NCBI GenBank assembly: GCA_963796965.1
Contig: CAWCNS010000005.1
Coordinates: 320,001-384,000, forward strand
Reading direction: 5' to 3'
DNA length: 64,000 nt
DNA from: Calditrichia bacterium
GTDB lineage: Bacteria; Calditrichota; Calditrichia; JAJRVZ01
Shown: positions 9,752-21,601 of the stretch, in pieces
How positions within the stretch are numbered: the stretch's first letter is position 1
Layout: the number at the start of each line of letters is the position of its first letter
Translations under genes and position numbers: made by a program
The notes under the pieces: generated by a model
Told to the model about the DNA's origin: nothing
The model's input: only the letters and a program-made list of their open reading frames with translations
Database searches by the model: none

Positions 9752-10433
9752 TTATAGATCAGGCATGGCTTCACCCGGGGGTAGTTGGACAAGCATAACA
9801 GTCCGTCCGGGTTCAGATTCTACAACGATCTGCCCCCGGTGTGTTTTTACTATCCGTTGGGCAATATCCAACCCTAACCCTGTACCCTCACCCACACCCT
9901 TGGTTGTAAAAAATGGGTCGAAGATAGAAGGGCGGATGCCTTCCGGAATCCCCTTACCGCTATCAATGACTCTGACATCGATAGCCAACTCAGTACTGCT
10001 GATTTCAATTCCCAGTTTTCCGCCGTTATCCATAGCATCGATGGCATTGTCGATCAGACACGTCCAGTTCCTCACTAACACCCAGCATCTCTATAAAGTT
10101 TTTTTTATGGAGACGTAATACCTTGCTAGGCTCGGCGGCAATGGCATGACCGGGATAATGTGTCATTCGGGAAAAAGGCAGCATGCCAGTCACCTGACCG
10201 GGCGCCGTTGTGGCTACTACCAGCCATTGCCCGCCAATCTCCGAGTATCGGTGAACCAGACCATTAACCACTATATACATATAATCAGCCGGTTTACCAG
10301 AGGTAAACATATGGTCCCGTTCCAGAAGATCCAGGCGCTCACCATGATCAATTAGCCAGACAAAGACCTCTTCAGAAAGGTTCTGCAGTATTTCCAGGGA
10401 GTTTATCTCCTGGAGATTAAATTTCATTTTCAT
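9752..10433 (-). pseudogene. cNMP-binding sensor histidine kinase with internal deletion (no HisKA domain)
   Basis: cNMP-binding domain (10433-10065) joined out of frame directly to HATPase_c (WTCLIDNAIDAM, DSGKGIP, FDPFFTTK, GTGLGL). Confidence 0.8.
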
Positions 10434-10958
10434 ATCAGCGTTTCGGGTATATTTTTCATATATAAGCCATTCTAAATATAATAAATTTCGATATAAAACA
10501 AATAATTTAACTACCCTGGTCGCTGCGAGCGCCTCATCTTGCTCACGAATTTATCATTAATATCCATCATGTAATCTCTGGCAGAGTAACCAATTTTAGC
10601 TGGCAATGGGAACATGAGCGACCCACATTTCCATTTGGGATAGCAACACGAATGCTGCCACCATGGCGGCCATAAAAAATGCGCATGGTTTTTTCTCATA
10701 CTTTAACATAAGAAGATACATGATAACAGGCTTGAAAATCCAGAGGATGCAACTAAGAAAATTAATTTCATAAAATTTGAATGAAAGACCGATTTTTTTT
10801 ACAAATCTATTAAAAATAAGATATTATTATCAGTAAGAATATCTTAAATTATAAGAATAATATTGATCTATTCAAAGGTTATCTGTAAGGGATGATCGAA
10901 AATTTTTATTTTCCTATAAAAATATCTCTGTTTAAAAAGAGATCAGGATTATCAGGTC

Positions 10959-12057
10959 ATGTTATCAACCAGGAAGAAGGTGAAGGGTATTATTATGACA
11001 AACTTTTTTTCGATATTCAAGTTTCTATCGGACATGATTATCCATCATTCAAAATCTCTGATGTTGTATTCTGGATTTATCCACTGTCTGAGAATGATAG
11101 CTTCCCGATTTCAAACCAAACCAGATATTCTCTGGCTTGGGATATTCGGCTTCATTCTATTATGTTCGCCATTTACGCCTGACTTAGCCGGACAGTCTCT
11201 CCAACAAACGCATACTGATTTAGTGATTGAATCTCTTAAGAATGCCATTACGGATGTTGATGAAGAAGTACGGGAAAAAGCTGATTCAGACTCTGGGAAA
11301 GATCAAGTCTAAAAAGGCAAATGAGGTCTTGTACGAGGTATTGATGAAATCATCTGAGTGGGATGTGGAAGTTAATATCGCCAGGATTCTTTTAAAACGT
11401 GGTGACAAAAAGGCTTTGGATAAATTTATCACGGGATTATTTCAGGAAGATGATGAAGGGAGAGTTCGATCCGCAAAAGTTTTAAAAGAACTCAAAGATC
11501 CTGCTTCGCTTAATTCACTCATAAAGGCTTTAAAGGATCCTAATTATATCGTTCAAAAACAGGCACTTAAAGCCATTTGCGAAATAAGAACCATTGACTG
11601 CATCAAGCCGCTTGTAAAGCAGTTGCAGGGAGAAAGTCAAGAATTTCGAGCCCTTGCGGCCTGGGGACTCGGAGAAATTGAAGATCCGGCAACCCTGCCA
11701 TATTTGTACAAGGCATTAAAAGATCCCAGTGCCAGTGTACGGCGTAACGCTATCGAATCCATCGGTGATCTCAAACTTGGAGCATCAGCACCAAACATTC
11801 AACCTCTGTTATCAGATGAACAATGGTTTGTTCGCCAGGAAGCAGTAAAGGTGCTTGCAGAAATTAAATCAAAGGAGTCCGTACCTCTCATCATTGACCT
11901 CTTATACGATGAGCAATGGAAAGTACGCGAATCTGCTGCGTCGGCGCTGGGCAAGATAGGTGACCAACGGGCTATTATACCCCTTAGCGGGGCTCTTCAA
12001 GATAAAAGTAATAATGTTCGCAAAGAAGCGGCAGAAGCATTGGGAAATTTTTTTTAG
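10959..12057 (+). CDS. HEAT-repeat (PBS lyase-like) protein with N-terminal hydrophobic segment (frameshift ~11280)
   Basis: Repeated L.D....VR..AA.ALG.I units continue across two ORFs. Confidence 0.8.
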
Positions 12058-12068
12058 GAGATATTTAG

Positions 12069-13571
12069 GTGAGAATGATCCTTATTTTATTTATCTGTTT
12101 TATATCTATTCTTAGTAAGGTTAATGCGGGTGATACGATCCAGTTAACATTGGAATCAGCCGTGGATATTGCGATTAACAACAGTTATCGAACCCGACAG
12201 ATAGAACTTGAATTAAAACGTGGGGTGCATTATTTAAATGCCTATAAAGCCGGATTAAATACGCAGGTTTATATGCATCTGAAGTCACCGAACTTTTCAA
12301 ATCTATCAGATTATCGCTGGGATTCTATCCAGGGTAAAGATGAAATCGTTCGAATAAATTCCACATTATGGCAATCAGACCTGTCTGTTTTACAGCCCGT
12401 CATACTTTTCGGCGTTCCAACCAATGGCTATGTATCACTCAATTACAGAGTTTACAATTATCAACAGCGTGATAATGGCCCCACCGTAACGGACTGGTAT
12501 AACCGACTGTATCTTAAATTTGAACAGCCAATCTTTCTTCCCAATAAATTAAAGAATAATCTGGATCGCGCTGAACTGGATTTACAGGATATAAAACTTC
12601 GCTATATATCAGAAAGAATGGGTGTAATTGAAAGAATTTCTGACGATTATTTTGATATATTTGAACTCATGTATCAAAAAAAGATTCATCAGAATCAACT
12701 TTTTCATTTAGAGGAGTCACTTCGACGATGCAATAAGATAATTGCTGTCGATTCATCCAGACAGCTCGAAGAAATTCAGATTGAACTGGAAATTACGAAC
12801 ACAGAAGAGAACCTGCTCACCAATCAAACGCTTGTTCGTAATGAATTAGCTAATCTGAGACAACGCCTTCGTCTCTCACAGGATGATTCCTTATATGTCC
12901 TTCCGGTACTCAATATCGTACCTATAAATGTACCACTCGATGAGGCCATGGAGCTTGCGATAAAAAATACCCCACGCTTGCAGCAATTACAAATTGGTCG
13001 GAAACGATCCGTGATAGACGTCGAAAATGAGAAAGGCCGTAATACCTTTCATATGACCTTTGAGGCAACCTATGGATTAGAGAAAAAAAACGAGGGCTTT
13101 AATAATTTATGGCACCAATTTGACAACAGTAATTCACTCACCTTGAATGCCTATATACCGGTTTGGGATGGTGGCCAGCGCAAAAATCGAATTCAGGCAG
13201 AAAAGATTGATATTACGCGGCGTGATCTCTCAATCGAGCAGGAAAGAGAAGATATCATTAATGATGTTACAAATTTTTATACCAATTTAAATGACTTTTA
13301 TAAACGCACAACAAACTTGCAAAACAGTGTCCGATTATCTAACAAGATCGTTGCAGAGAGTGTAAAACAATATGAAAATAATGACATAACCCTTCAGGCC
13401 CTTATTCAAATTATTAACCGACATGCGGAAACCGAGAAAAAGTTCTTACAGGTATATAGCGGTTATCGCAGGTCATTACTGGAATTATCTCTCCAGACGC
13501 TCTACGACTTTGAAACAGATAAGTCTCTGATGGATGAATTTGACCTGGCTTATGAAGTTGAGGAAGAATAA
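12069..13571 (+). CDS. TolC-family outer-membrane efflux protein
   Basis: Signal peptide; LTLESAVDIAINN and LDEAMELAIKNTP repeats; IPVWDGG motif; coiled-coil. Confidence 0.8.
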   Translation: MRMILILFICFISILSKVNAGDTIQLTLESAVDIAINNSYRTRQIELELKRGVHYLNAYKAGLNTQVYMHLKSPNFSNLSDYRWDSIQGKDEIVRINSTLWQSDLSVLQPVILFGVPTNGYVSLNYRVYNYQQRDNGPTVTDWYNRLYLKFEQPIFLPNKLKNNLDRAELDLQDIKLRYISERMGVIERISDDYFDIFELMYQKKIHQNQLFHLEESLRRCNKIIAVDSSRQLEEIQIELEITNTEENLLTNQTLVRNELANLRQRLRLSQDDSLYVLPVLNIVPINVPLDEAMELAIKNTPRLQQLQIGRKRSVIDVENEKGRNTFHMTFEATYGLEKKNEGFNNLWHQFDNSNSLTLNAYIPVWDGGQRKNRIQAEKIDITRRDLSIEQEREDIINDVTNFYTNLNDFYKRTTNLQNSVRLSNKIVAESVKQYENNDITLQALIQIINRHAETEKKFLQVYSGYRRSLLELSLQTLYDFETDKSLMDEFDLAYEVEEE

Positions 13572-13822
13572 TTAATTTAATAATATATTCGGCATTATGT
13601 TGCTGATTAAATAGATTATATTGTGTTAATTGGCCATATATTGCCTGTTATAAGTTCTTATTGAGGGGACGGGACGGTAAGATTGATTGAAATACTATTT
13701 AAAGAGCAATGCAACGGCGAGGCTGCAAATAGATCTGATATATCTTAGCTATAGAATTCCATCTATTTTTCCATGTCTGTTTGTGGTAAAACAGAACCCG
13801 GGATGACAGAAAATGCCTTTAT

Positions 13823-14980
13823 TTAAGGTTGGTTGAGAGAACCGGAAACGCTCAGAGGCTTACTCGTAATCAGGCCAATCCCACGCCCTCTGTTCCCAAC
13901 GGCACAATAATACATATAGAAGGTATCATTAGCAGGGTTATAGACCAGGGATATCTTGTGAGCGTACTTTTTATCCAGACCACCGGGATGACCTCCCGCC
14001 TTATACAGCGGCTCCGGATGTGTTTGCCAGTGATGTAAATCGCGAGAAAAAGCGGCCATGATATGCGCCCCGCCTTTGCCCACGCCAAAATAAAACATCA
14101 CCCAGTGGTCCCCATCACGAAACACCTTGCCATCGGAGCAAAATTTTTCATTATATCCTGTTGAGTCAACACGAAGGACAGGATTACCCTCATACCGTTT
14201 CCAGTCCAATAAATCTTCAGAAGTTGCCAGCCCCATCTGCTCTATCCAGACGGTCATCTGTTTAGCATTGTAGAAATTGTAAAACTGCCCCTCATGTTCC
14301 ACCAACCAGGGTTGATAGATGCAAGCCTTCTCCCAGTTCCCCACCTCGGGTTCATGTACTGACAAGATATAGTGCTCTTTCGCCCTGCTCCAGACCAAAC
14401 CATCGTCGCTATTTGCCACGCCTTCGTAACCCGGATCAATCTCATAACCGCCTTGTTTGGCGTAGGCGCCATAGAGCGTCCAATACTTCCCATCATGTTT
14501 TTTAAGCAGGCGTGGCGCTTTAATGTCATAGGAATCGTAAAGAAACGCACCGATCACGCAGCCACCGAAATCGAAATCGCCCTCTTTTCCAAAACCCATG
14601 GCCAGATGGGGCTTAGACCAATGTATCAGATCAGTGCTTTCTACTACGAACGAGTTATATCCTTTACCATTAAAAGCAATAAAACTCATATACCATCTGC
14701 CGTCCTGACCGGGTATTTGATACACACAGGGCACATCCGTATTCTTAAAGCTTTCGTAGCCCGGAATTTTGGGCTCTGAAACAATTATATGATCAGGCCA
14801 ATAATGCCAATTACGATAGGGATCTGCCCATTGATCTAAGATAACCTTGTCTATAATATGACTTGTTGCCTCAACTTTATCATCTCCGCCACCAATGAAA
14901 TAAAGTCCGATATAAACAAGCCCAGCACAAACGATCATTGAAAAAGCAATTATTAATGCAAAGCAGATTCGCTTTGTCAT
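13823..14980 (-). CDS. Five-bladed beta-propeller glycoside hydrolase (GH32/GH43/GH130-like)
   Basis: Repeated S.DL.HW blades, YEGNPVL; N-terminal TM anchor; start taken at MTKRICF. Confidence 0.7.
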   Translation of the reverse strand: MTKRICFALIIAFSMIVCAGLVYIGLYFIGGGDDKVEATSHIIDKVILDQWADPYRNWHYWPDHIIVSEPKIPGYESFKNTDVPCVYQIPGQDGRWYMSFIAFNGKGYNSFVVESTDLIHWSKPHLAMGFGKEGDFDFGGCVIGAFLYDSYDIKAPRLLKKHDGKYWTLYGAYAKQGGYEIDPGYEGVANSDDGLVWSRAKEHYILSVHEPEVGNWEKACIYQPWLVEHEGQFYNFYNAKQMTVWIEQMGLATSEDLLDWKRYEGNPVLRVDSTGYNEKFCSDGKVFRDGDHWVMFYFGVGKGGAHIMAAFSRDLHHWQTHPEPLYKAGGHPGGLDKKYAHKISLVYNPANDTFYMYYCAVGNRGRGIGLITSKPLSVSGSLNQP

Positions 14981-15119
14981 AATAAGTACCTCATTAGTTT
15001 CATTAAAATAATTAAGGCCGGTATTTGATTGTTTTTCATTCTTAGGTTGAGGTAAGTCTTTCAGAAATTTTATAAATACAGCAAAGTAGCCCAATCAACA
15101 GGCATCAAAATAAAACCCA

Positions 15120-16766
15120 TTAATTATCCGTGGTTTCTATTAAAATGCCTTGGTAGAAGTCTCTTGCTATTCGTAACCTGTCCAATATCCCCTGGTCAAC
15201 AATGTCATTACTTTTTGTTTCTTCTTCAATGACACGGATCGCCTCAAATTGTTTATCAATAATTCCCGGGGCTTTTTTCGCGTCCCATGTCGGTTTGCCT
15301 TCTACGATAAAATAGACAGGTGTCGTATGGGCAACAGCACCATTATCACAGGATATCATTGCCGCTAACCATTGACTTTTATCAAGTCTATGATCTAACT
15401 CGATTGTAATTGAATCAGAATTATCGGGATTCATCTTCCCTGCTACTAATCCATCATTATTATAAATAGCAAGGCCTTCCAGACGCCCGACTGAAGGATG
15501 AGAGATAGCTTTAATTTTTAAGTGGGATATCGCACCTCTATCCTTGATGATTTCTGCACCCGGAAGAAACCCATCTGCTTCCAAAAACAATACCGGGCCA
15601 TTTGAGACAAAGGTCCGACCAGCCTTTAGCCCCTCAAACCAGGCATCTGCAGAGAAGGTGTTCCCCGTATAGACGAAGGTTCGCACCTCACCCAGGGTTG
15701 AACCCCATGGCACATCACTTCCTGCAGCAGCTGTAATTCTGAATCCCAGGTTCAGGTAATCGTAATAATCAAGAGAATTTATTTTTGAGAATTGTAGTAA
15801 CTCAACAAAGTCTATATCGCCGGTTGTAATATACCAGGGGAATCCACGGGGCAGGTCGCAACCATTCCATGAGAAATGAGCATATCCTACAATCGCTCCG
15901 GGTTGGAGCTGCAATTTTTTAAATACGATATCGTAGTAATTATAGTTAGTCGTATCATGTTCCATTTGGTTAATGTTTAAGCCAATGATATGACCAAAGG
16001 TACTTCGTGGATCTTCCTGGCCAGATACGAGACAGATATTATCTTCACATGTTCTGAATTCTTCACCAAAACCTTCCTGTTTAAATTCTGTTCCCAGGTG
16101 ATGACCCATCTCCAGTACATTGACAAGGTGGATATCCTCTGCTTTGGCATAATTAAGAAGGAACTCTTTAAATTTAGGCTTAACAGTAGGATGGTGTACA
16201 TGTACATCACCAGAATACCACCCCATTTTTGGTAAATCAATCCACCTTTTGAGGAGAAATGTTTTGGTAATCTCTTTTTCATTTGCAGACAGGACAAATT
16301 CCTCTTTTATCGGAATATACTCATTACCGTGTCCCAGTCTAATTCGCCATTTGCCCGGTGACAAGGTAATAGAAAAGTCTCCCGAAGTTTGGTAGGCAAC
16401 AGGATCATCCCAAAATGGAATGGAAGGGAGAGTACCGTATACATAACTTCTGTCATCATTATTTCCGATACCATTCATTTTTCTGATTGGACCTATCCAG
16501 TTTTTATCAGGGTTAAATTCAATACCCGTGTAAAATGCATGGGTGAGAGAAACGGAATCCGGCACATCTGCCTGGGGTGGAACTCGAACCTTTCCATCCT
16601 GCACATTAGTTATACATACCATTACCGGCGTAACTTCATTCGTTTCTGCCTCCAAAACACGGATATTTACATGAACTTTTTCCTGCGCATTAACAAGTTT
16701 CATTGTATACCCCTGAAAAATGATTGCAATAGTAATAAGTAATAGTAGATTTATTTTATTCTTCAT
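15120..16766 (-). CDS. CehA/McbA-family PHP metallohydrolase, secreted
   Basis: GWYSGDVHVH, GYAH, AGSDVP, GRTFVSNGP, AHTTPVY motifs; signal peptide. Confidence 0.8.
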   Translation of the reverse strand: MKNKINLLLLITIAIIFQGYTMKLVNAQEKVHVNIRVLEAETNEVTPVMVCITNVQDGKVRVPPQADVPDSVSLTHAFYTGIEFNPDKNWIGPIRKMNGIGNNDDRSYVYGTLPSIPFWDDPVAYQTSGDFSITLSPGKWRIRLGHGNEYIPIKEEFVLSANEKEITKTFLLKRWIDLPKMGWYSGDVHVHHPTVKPKFKEFLLNYAKAEDIHLVNVLEMGHHLGTEFKQEGFGEEFRTCEDNICLVSGQEDPRSTFGHIIGLNINQMEHDTTNYNYYDIVFKKLQLQPGAIVGYAHFSWNGCDLPRGFPWYITTGDIDFVELLQFSKINSLDYYDYLNLGFRITAAAGSDVPWGSTLGEVRTFVYTGNTFSADAWFEGLKAGRTFVSNGPVLFLEADGFLPGAEIIKDRGAISHLKIKAISHPSVGRLEGLAIYNNDGLVAGKMNPDNSDSITIELDHRLDKSQWLAAMISCDNGAVAHTTPVYFIVEGKPTWDAKKAPGIIDKQFEAIRVIEEETKSNDIVDQGILDRLRIARDFYQGILIETTDN

Positions 16767-17089
16767 TATATAAGCCTGGTTTGTGAATATTTAAAGATCT
16801 GGATTAAAATATGAGAGCAATTTTTTATATGGTCAATTACCTCGTATTCTTCAGGTCCAAATAAAAATTAGAGAATCTTCTTTGCGTCCTAGCGGTTTAG
16901 AAAGGAATAAATCATTGTTTGACATTTTAAACTTTATTAACACTATAGTCAAACCCATACCTTCTAGGTCTGTCACTTTCAAGTGCCTTACTCTTAGGAG
17001 CTTATTTGTATAAAATAATAAAATGCTTAAATTTAGCAAATATTGATTTTAGATCATCTATTCTTTTTAATAAAAGCGGGTTATAAAAT

Positions 17090-18355
17090 ATGGCTTACAG
17101 ACGTATTAAGGGTACACAGGACATTTTACCAGACCAATCTACCCTATGGCAATTCGTAGAAAGATCGATTCGTGAATGCATGGATATTTATAACTATCGC
17201 GAAATCCGTACCCCAGTTTTTGAGTTAACGGAAGTTTTTGCCCGGGGCATTGGCCAATTAACCGATATCGTTTCCAAAGAGATGTATACCTTTCAGGATA
17301 TGGGAAAAAAGAGTCTAACTTTGAAACCTGAAATGACCGCTCCGGTCATACGCGCCTATCTGGAAAATAATCTGCAAAACCAGGCTGCGGTCAATAAACT
17401 CTATTATATTTCGCCTCTCTTCCGTCAGGAGAATCCCCAGGCCGGCAGATTACGGCAATTCCATCAATTTGGTGCCGAGGTGATTGGGATTAATTCTGCC
17501 CATCTGGACACTGAGATCATTTTACTGGCCATGTTTGTTTATAAAACTCTCGGTCTAAGTAATTTAAACCTGAAAATAAACAGTGTCGGTGATCCTGAAA
17601 GCAGAGAGAAATATAAAATATCCCTAAAAAAATATTTTAAACCTTTACTCGACCAATATTGTAAAGTTTGTAATACCCGTTATGAGTCCAATCCTCTGAG
17701 AATTCTGGATTGTAAAAACAAAACATGTAAAGAGCTTAATCAGAACGCACCCATTCTTTTAGATTACCTGGGTCCGGCGAGTTTAGAAAATTTTGAGATG
17801 GTAAAAGCACTTCTGGATGACAATAAAACAACCTATGAAATTGAGCCCTATCTTGTTCGTGGATTGGATTACTATACGGATACCGTTTTTGAAATTACCA
17901 GTCAAAATCTCGGTTCTCAGGACGCCATTTGCGGTGGTGGGCGCTATGATCTTCTGGCAGAACAGTTCGGTGGTCCACCGACTCCGGCTGTTGGATTCGC
18001 CTCCGGTATTGAGCGGTTGTTGATGGTCATGGAAGCACAAAATTTGATAAAAGAAGACAATCGCTCGCTGGATGTTTATATATGCCTGTTAGGTGACAAA
18101 GTTTCTACAGATGGAATGAATTGGTTGCAGCAATTACGAATCCAAAATTTTCGTGCAGACCGTGATTATCAGAAGCGGAGTTTAAAAGCACAAATGCGCG
18201 ATGCAAATCGGCAAAAAGCAAAATTTGTCCTTCTCCTGGGAGAAGACGAATTGGAAAAAAAGTGCTTTTCTGTAAAAAATATGGGAGAGGGTACTCAGAC
18301 CGAAATTGGATTTGACGAGATAATCACATTTCTTAAAAAAAATATTGAGAAATAA
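17090..18355 (+). CDS. hisS: Histidine--tRNA ligase
   Basis: KGTQD, KEMYTF, LKPEMTA, FRQENPQAGRLRQFHQ, LVRGLDYY, GGGRYD. Confidence 0.98.
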   Translation: MAYRRIKGTQDILPDQSTLWQFVERSIRECMDIYNYREIRTPVFELTEVFARGIGQLTDIVSKEMYTFQDMGKKSLTLKPEMTAPVIRAYLENNLQNQAAVNKLYYISPLFRQENPQAGRLRQFHQFGAEVIGINSAHLDTEIILLAMFVYKTLGLSNLNLKINSVGDPESREKYKISLKKYFKPLLDQYCKVCNTRYESNPLRILDCKNKTCKELNQNAPILLDYLGPASLENFEMVKALLDDNKTTYEIEPYLVRGLDYYTDTVFEITSQNLGSQDAICGGGRYDLLAEQFGGPPTPAVGFASGIERLLMVMEAQNLIKEDNRSLDVYICLLGDKVSTDGMNWLQQLRIQNFRADRDYQKRSLKAQMRDANRQKAKFVLLLGEDELEKKCFSVKNMGEGTQTEIGFDEIITFLKKNIEK

Positions 18356-18445
18356 CTTAGTCAAAGATTAGCCACGAGAACTTGGGAGCACTTCCTGAAG
18401 AACGGCAGACTCTCTCCGTTCAGATTTGAAAAAGATAAAAGATTT

Positions 18446-18540
18446 ACCACAAAGTTCACAAAGAAGGCACTAAGATCACAAAGTTATTATTAAGAAATCT
18501 TTCTTTGTGTACTTTGCGCCTTCTTTGTGTACTTAGTGGT
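18446..18540. repeat. 95-bp palindromic element (CACAAAG units), copy 1
   Basis: ACCACAAAG...AGTGGT hairpin; 84/95 identical to 60714-60808. Confidence 0.9.
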
Positions 18541-18621
18541 TAAAGATCAGATAAACAATTAAGTAGAATACTAGAAAACAAACAAAGACGTTCACCAGAT
18601 TGAAATTTTTCAGATAGTTTA

Positions 18622-19411
18622 ATGATCCCAAAATTATCCCTCAACAGACAAACATATATTCGGAAACTCAAACAGAAAAAGTTTCGAAGATCCGAGGACA
18701 CTTTTATCTGCGAAGGTTTTCGTCTTTTCGATGCAGCCATTCAGACACCCGATGTCAGTATCCGGGAAATTCTTATTGGAGAGAATCTGGATGGATCACA
18801 GCAAGAGCATTTTATAATTGCAGAATCAACACATCACGCCATTCCTGTATTTCGTGTGGATAATCAACTCTTAAAATCACTATCGCAGGAAGTGACCCCA
18901 TCGGGTATTCTCTTCACGGTAAAAAAAAAATTACTGTCTCAATCTGATCTCTCAGCACGAAATAATAAAGTAATACTCTATCTTGATAGAATCTCCGATC
19001 CCGGCAATCTTGGTACAATCATAAGGACAAGCGTCTGGTTTGGATTTAACACAATTGTTTTGAGTCCGGGATGTGTGGACCCATTAAATGCCAAGTCTGT
19101 CAGAGCTAGCGCTGGTGCAGTTTTTAATGTGGATATTTTCGAAGATATTGACTTTACCTGGTTTAACCTTTTTTTTAAAAATCGCAAATACCAATTTGTC
19201 GCGACCACATCAGGAGAGGGCCAGTCCTTAGAAGATTGGAAAATAGCACCAAAAAGCATTATCTTTTTTGGCCAGGAAGCTTCGGGACTATCAGAGGAGA
19301 TTATGCAATCCGCTGATATCAGCTTTACGTATTCAACGCATCGGATTAGTTGAATCTCTTAATCTTTCCGTGGCTGCCGGAATTATTTTGCACCATATTG
19401 CGGTAAAGTAA
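18622..19411 (+). CDS. TrmH/SpoU-family RNA methyltransferase (frameshift ~19330)
   Basis: DPGNLGTIIR, FGQEASGL; ESLNLSVAAGI in the shifted frame, stop at 19411. Confidence 0.9.
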
Positions 19412-19591
19412 TAATTTTACGATAGAATTTGTATCCGGTAGCTATTATGACGAAGCGATTAAAAGGTTGTGTGAGAATAAAAAATCAACCAGTGTAAAAG
19501 CCATTGATAAAGGGTTTCAACTCTCATTTGTTTTTGTTGAAGGCAGATCTTATAAAACTAAACTTCTGTAAATTTTATCACTAAACCAGGA

Positions 19592-20425
19592 TTGATATAC
19601 GTGGAAATTGAAAGAAAAGAATATCCGGAACCGATTGAAGCCTTGGTCATAATATTGGTCACTTTTGGTTTTATTTTTGCTGTATCTTTAATTATAACAG
19701 TCGTTGCTTTGTTTTTTCAAACTGAGTCCATTTTGGAAGGCAATTCTTCAATTCTATTCATAATTGGTGGCCTCTTTTTTCTTGCTGTACCAATTATATA
19801 CGCTAGAATGAGACAATACGACAGTAGAAAAGTTTTCAGATTGAATGTTCCTCGATCAGAAATTCTTTTTCTTAGTCTTCCCATTGGCCTTAGTTTGGCT
19901 GTTTTGACCGATGAGTTGGATCGGATCATACAAATATTTATACCTACCCCAGAAATGTTTCTTCAGTATCTTGAATCATTGCGGGCTGAAACCGCTTCTG
20001 ATTGGCTAATCCTCATTTTGGGGGTGGTTGTCATTGCGGCCATTTCTGAAGAGATTCTGTTCCGCGGATTTTTACAGGTATCATTAGAAAAAAAAGGTGA
20101 TATTACCCGTGCCGTAATCTTAAGCAGTATCTCCTGGACAATTATTCATATAAACCCCTACTGGGCTATCCAAATTTTTATTACCGGCGTTATTATCGGA
20201 TTCCTGGCCTGGCGGACTGATTCTGTCTTTCCCCCTATGATTGTTCACGCAACAAACAATTTTCTTTCCCTAATAGTAATAAATCTGGACCTGGAAGAAT
20301 CATTGGATTGGTATTTATGGGGAGACCATGTCTCGCCCATCATTTTAGTTATATCCGCGGGTGTTTTATATTTTTGTATTAAAACAATATCTGAATATTA
20401 CAAAAACCAGGAGTCTGCCGCTTGA
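19592..20425 (+). CDS. CPBP (Abi/CAAX) family intramembrane metalloprotease
   Basis: EEILFRG, H...H.TNN motifs; multiple TM helices. Confidence 0.9.
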   Translation: MIYVEIERKEYPEPIEALVIILVTFGFIFAVSLIITVVALFFQTESILEGNSSILFIIGGLFFLAVPIIYARMRQYDSRKVFRLNVPRSEILFLSLPIGLSLAVLTDELDRIIQIFIPTPEMFLQYLESLRAETASDWLILILGVVVIAAISEEILFRGFLQVSLEKKGDITRAVILSSISWTIIHINPYWAIQIFITGVIIGFLAWRTDSVFPPMIVHATNNFLSLIVINLDLEESLDWYLWGDHVSPIILVISAGVLYFCIKTISEYYKNQESAA

Positions 20426-21601
20426 TTCGTTCAATTTCTGAGTACCTTGCCAGAGTATTTATTGCCGATTATAAGGAAACCGGACGTGCCGAGGTTCGGG
20501 CACGTTATGGCATATTTCAAGGTTGGCTCAGCGTTTTTGTAAATTTAGTCCTGGGAACGATTAAACTGATTATTGGTATCCTCATTGGCAGCCTTTCTCT
20601 TGTAGCTGATGCCATCCACTCCCTTTCCGATATGGTAACCTCCTTTATCCTTATCATTAGCTTTTATTGGGGACGTAAACCCTCCGATGCCGAACATCCT
20701 TTCGGACATGGCAGAATAGAACAGATAGGCGCATTGGTTATGGCCGTTCTTATTGGCGTTACGGGTTTTGAGTTAATCAAATCTAGTATTGATCGGGTTA
20801 TCACCCCCACTGAAGTTCAAATGAACTATACAGCCATAATTATCCTCTTTCTTACTATTGTAATTAAGGAAATATTGGGACGTATATCTACTTATTATGG
20901 CAATAAAATCCAATCTCTGGCCCTGGAGGCGGACTCCTGGCACCATCGTACAGATGCAATATCGTCCTTTCTGGCCATTATTGCCATTATTACTGCTCAA
21001 ATGGGCTTTAGCATAGCCGATGGCATTGGTGGAATTATCATTGGGCTCTTTATTATTTATGTAGGAATTGATATCATTAAAAAAACGGGATTTCAACTTT
21101 TAGGCACCCGACCTTCAGAGGAATTATTTAATGATGTTGAGAGATTGGCCAAGGAAGTAGAGTCTGTATTTGAGATTCATGAGATCGTTTGCCACGAATA
21201 TGGCTCCCAGAAAGTAATATCATTTCATCTGGAAATCCCTGATTATCTAACCCTTTCCCAGGCACATACCATTGCTGAAAAAGTAGAGACTAAAATTTAT
21301 GATGAGATGCAGATACAAGCGACGGTACATCTGGATCCTGTTCTTCCTGCCATAAAAAATCGTGATCAAATAAAAGTGATTATGGAACATTTTATTGAAC
21401 AGGATGAAAAATTGATCAGTTTTTATAACCTGCGCCTCATAGGAGATGACGCATTGTCAACATTAGTTATGGCGATAGAAATCGCCAAACCTATCTCCAG
21501 ATGAAGAAAGGGAGAAGTACCATCAGAGTCTTAGAAATATTATTTCAACCCGCTTTCCAGAAATCGAGAATGTCAGTATAAATTTCAGGATATCTTTATA
21601 A
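20422..21601 (+). CDS. Cation diffusion facilitator (FieF-like) transporter (frameshift ~21490)
   Basis: ADAIHSLSD, HPFGHGRIE, HHRTD motifs; reading continues in another frame to stop at 21601. Confidence 0.9.

Noticed and set aside
10511..10699. 62-aa Cys/Trp-rich ORF
   Set aside because: No recognisable family or RBS; composition suggests a non-coding frame or a decayed fragment.
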